Shown here: one piece after another, positions 24,461 to 25,382 of the stretch | Layout of the letters: every line of letters begins with the position of its first letter | Numbering within the stretch: the stretch's first letter is position 1 | DNA from: a virus | Lineage: Duplodnaviria > Caudoviricetes | IMG/VR virus record: IMGVR_UViG_3300044724_000139 | Location: 1 to 25,382 of that record | Direction: 5' to 3' (one strand) | DNA length: 25,382 bases | Notes under the pieces: model-generated | The model's input: the letters and a program-made list of their open reading frames with translations, nothing else | Told to the model about the DNA's origin: nothing | Database searches by the model: none | Program-made: the position numbers and the translations under genes

Positions 24461-24495
24461 AATAACACAAAGGGGCCAGTACTTGACCAGCCCCT
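24461..24495 (-). terminator. Rho-independent terminator downstream of the major capsid gene
   Basis: Minus strand AGGGGCTGGT-CAAGT-ACTGGCCCCT (10-bp stem with two G-U pairs that form only on this strand) followed by TTGTGTTATT, 12 nt after the capsid stop. Confidence 0.85.
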
Positions 24496-24507
24496 AAGTT
24501 TATGATA

Positions 24508-25382
24508 TTAAGCAGCGTTGTAACGTGCTGTGATAAGTGCCTCTGGGCGCAAGATTTTGCGACCGTATAGGTGCATACCACGAACGATGTCTGCGAATGA
24601 ATCAGGGTCACGGTAGTTCTCAACTTTGTTGATTTGCTCCGCTGAAGCTACTGCTTCTTCCTGACCAGCTACGATAACACCGTAGTTATTTGACTGTGCT
24701 GTTGTACCAGATGTACCTGCGCCAGTGCCTTTTGCTGGTAGGTTGTTAGACACATAAACACGGAAGCCGTGTAGGTTGTTCAACACCAAGCCATTCATTA
24801 GGCCTGAGCCACCGAAGTCAGCGTTTAGTACACGTGAGTCTTCGTCTTTCAGCATTTCCATAAATACTGGGTCAACGACGAGCCAACGTCCACGTGAGTC
24901 AACACTCTGTGTGTCCATCAAACGAGCCATACGAGCTACGACTGTTAGAGGAGATACAGTTGTTGCTGACAGTGCAGTTGCGCCTGGTAGACGTGGTGCT
25001 AGAGGAACTGAGTCACCTGCTGTCGCTGTACCAGCAATAGTCAAGTTACCGAAGTCAGTTGCGTCTAGGTGGTTCGCTGTTAGGAACTCGCCTGTTAGGT
25101 TACCTGCAGTGTCGTGCTGCGCATCACCAGATGTTGCAGTTGAATACTCACCTGCTGATGTGTGGCCTGACAAGTACTGCATCACGTCTGCGTCCATTGC
25201 GTCTGCCATTTTATATGCAGCACGGTCAGCAGCTAGTGATACGTAATCAACGTTTGCGAACTGATCTTCGATGTCATCCATTTTGAATGCGAAGTAGTTA
25301 GCTTTGTCGATTGTCAATGAGAAGTCTTCATCGTTAAGCTTCTCAACAGAGATAGCTGTGTGACGCTGTAGAGCGTTAACAG
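24508..25382 (-). CDS. Major capsid protein (HK97 fold), 5'-truncated by the window edge
   Basis: The frame stays open beyond the track's start to the window end (VNALQRHTAISVEKLNDEDFSLTIDK...). LTIDKANYFAFKMDDIE, GRWLVVDP, GFRVYVSNNLP, ENYRDPDSFADIVRGMHLYGRKILRPEAL are coat-protein motifs. Strong codon bias and a downstream terminator. Confidence 0.93.
   Translation of the reverse strand, partial: VNALQRHTAISVEKLNDEDFSLTIDKANYFAFKMDDIEDQFANVDYVSLAADRAAYKMADAMDADVMQYLSGHTSAGEYSTATSGDAQHDTAGNLTGEFLTANHLDATDFGNLTIAGTATAGDSVPLAPRLPGATALSATTVSPLTVVARMARLMDTQSVDSRGRWLVVDPVFMEMLKDEDSRVLNADFGGSGLMNGLVLNNLHGFRVYVSNNLPAKGTGAGTSGTTAQSNNYGVIVAGQEEAVASAEQINKVENYRDPDSFADIVRGMHLYGRKILRPEALITARYNAA

Noticed and set aside
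24496-24540. T7 gene 10A/10B-style capsid frameshift or read-through extension
   Set aside because: No slippery sequence before the TAA, and another in-frame-independent barrier, the terminator, follows immediately.
19559-25286. Plus-strand ORFs at 19559-20191, 21930-22355, 22377-22667, 22791-23069, 23079-23324, 24776-25246 and 25059-25286
   Set aside because: Antisense shadows of strongly biased structural genes, with no recognisable motifs or ribosome-binding sites.

Overview
A 25.4 kb segment of a lytic short-tailed (podovirus-type) dsDNA phage, most consistent with a marine Alphaproteobacteria/Roseobacter phage of the SIO1/cobavirus (Zobellviridae-like) type; the taxonomy is inferred from gene content and layout, not from a search. 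Bases 1-1506 (+) are the end of the replication/metabolism arm: a partial small ORF, an endonuclease VII-family nuclease, phoH, and a 68-aa protein with an Acb2/Tad1-like helical-hairpin signature. A bidirectional hairpin terminator at about 1495-1535 separates this arm from the convergent minus-strand morphogenesis arm. In transcription order that arm encodes: major capsid protein (partial), terminator, 145-aa structural protein, 1247-aa mosaic fibre, 312-aa repeat protein, fibre-tail adaptor, tail adaptor and nozzle, 543-aa fibre, 659-aa repeat adhesin, fibre chaperone, small membrane protein, and a block of cysteine-free internal (ejection) proteins that includes a lysozyme-domain protein and a holin-like gene. 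The best leads are the candidate anti-defence nucleotide sponge after phoH, short motifs shared among the ejection proteins (possible packaging/ejection signals), and a modular fibre system in which two fibres share one C-terminal domain. No tRNA, rRNA, CRISPR array, integrase or reverse transcriptase was seen.
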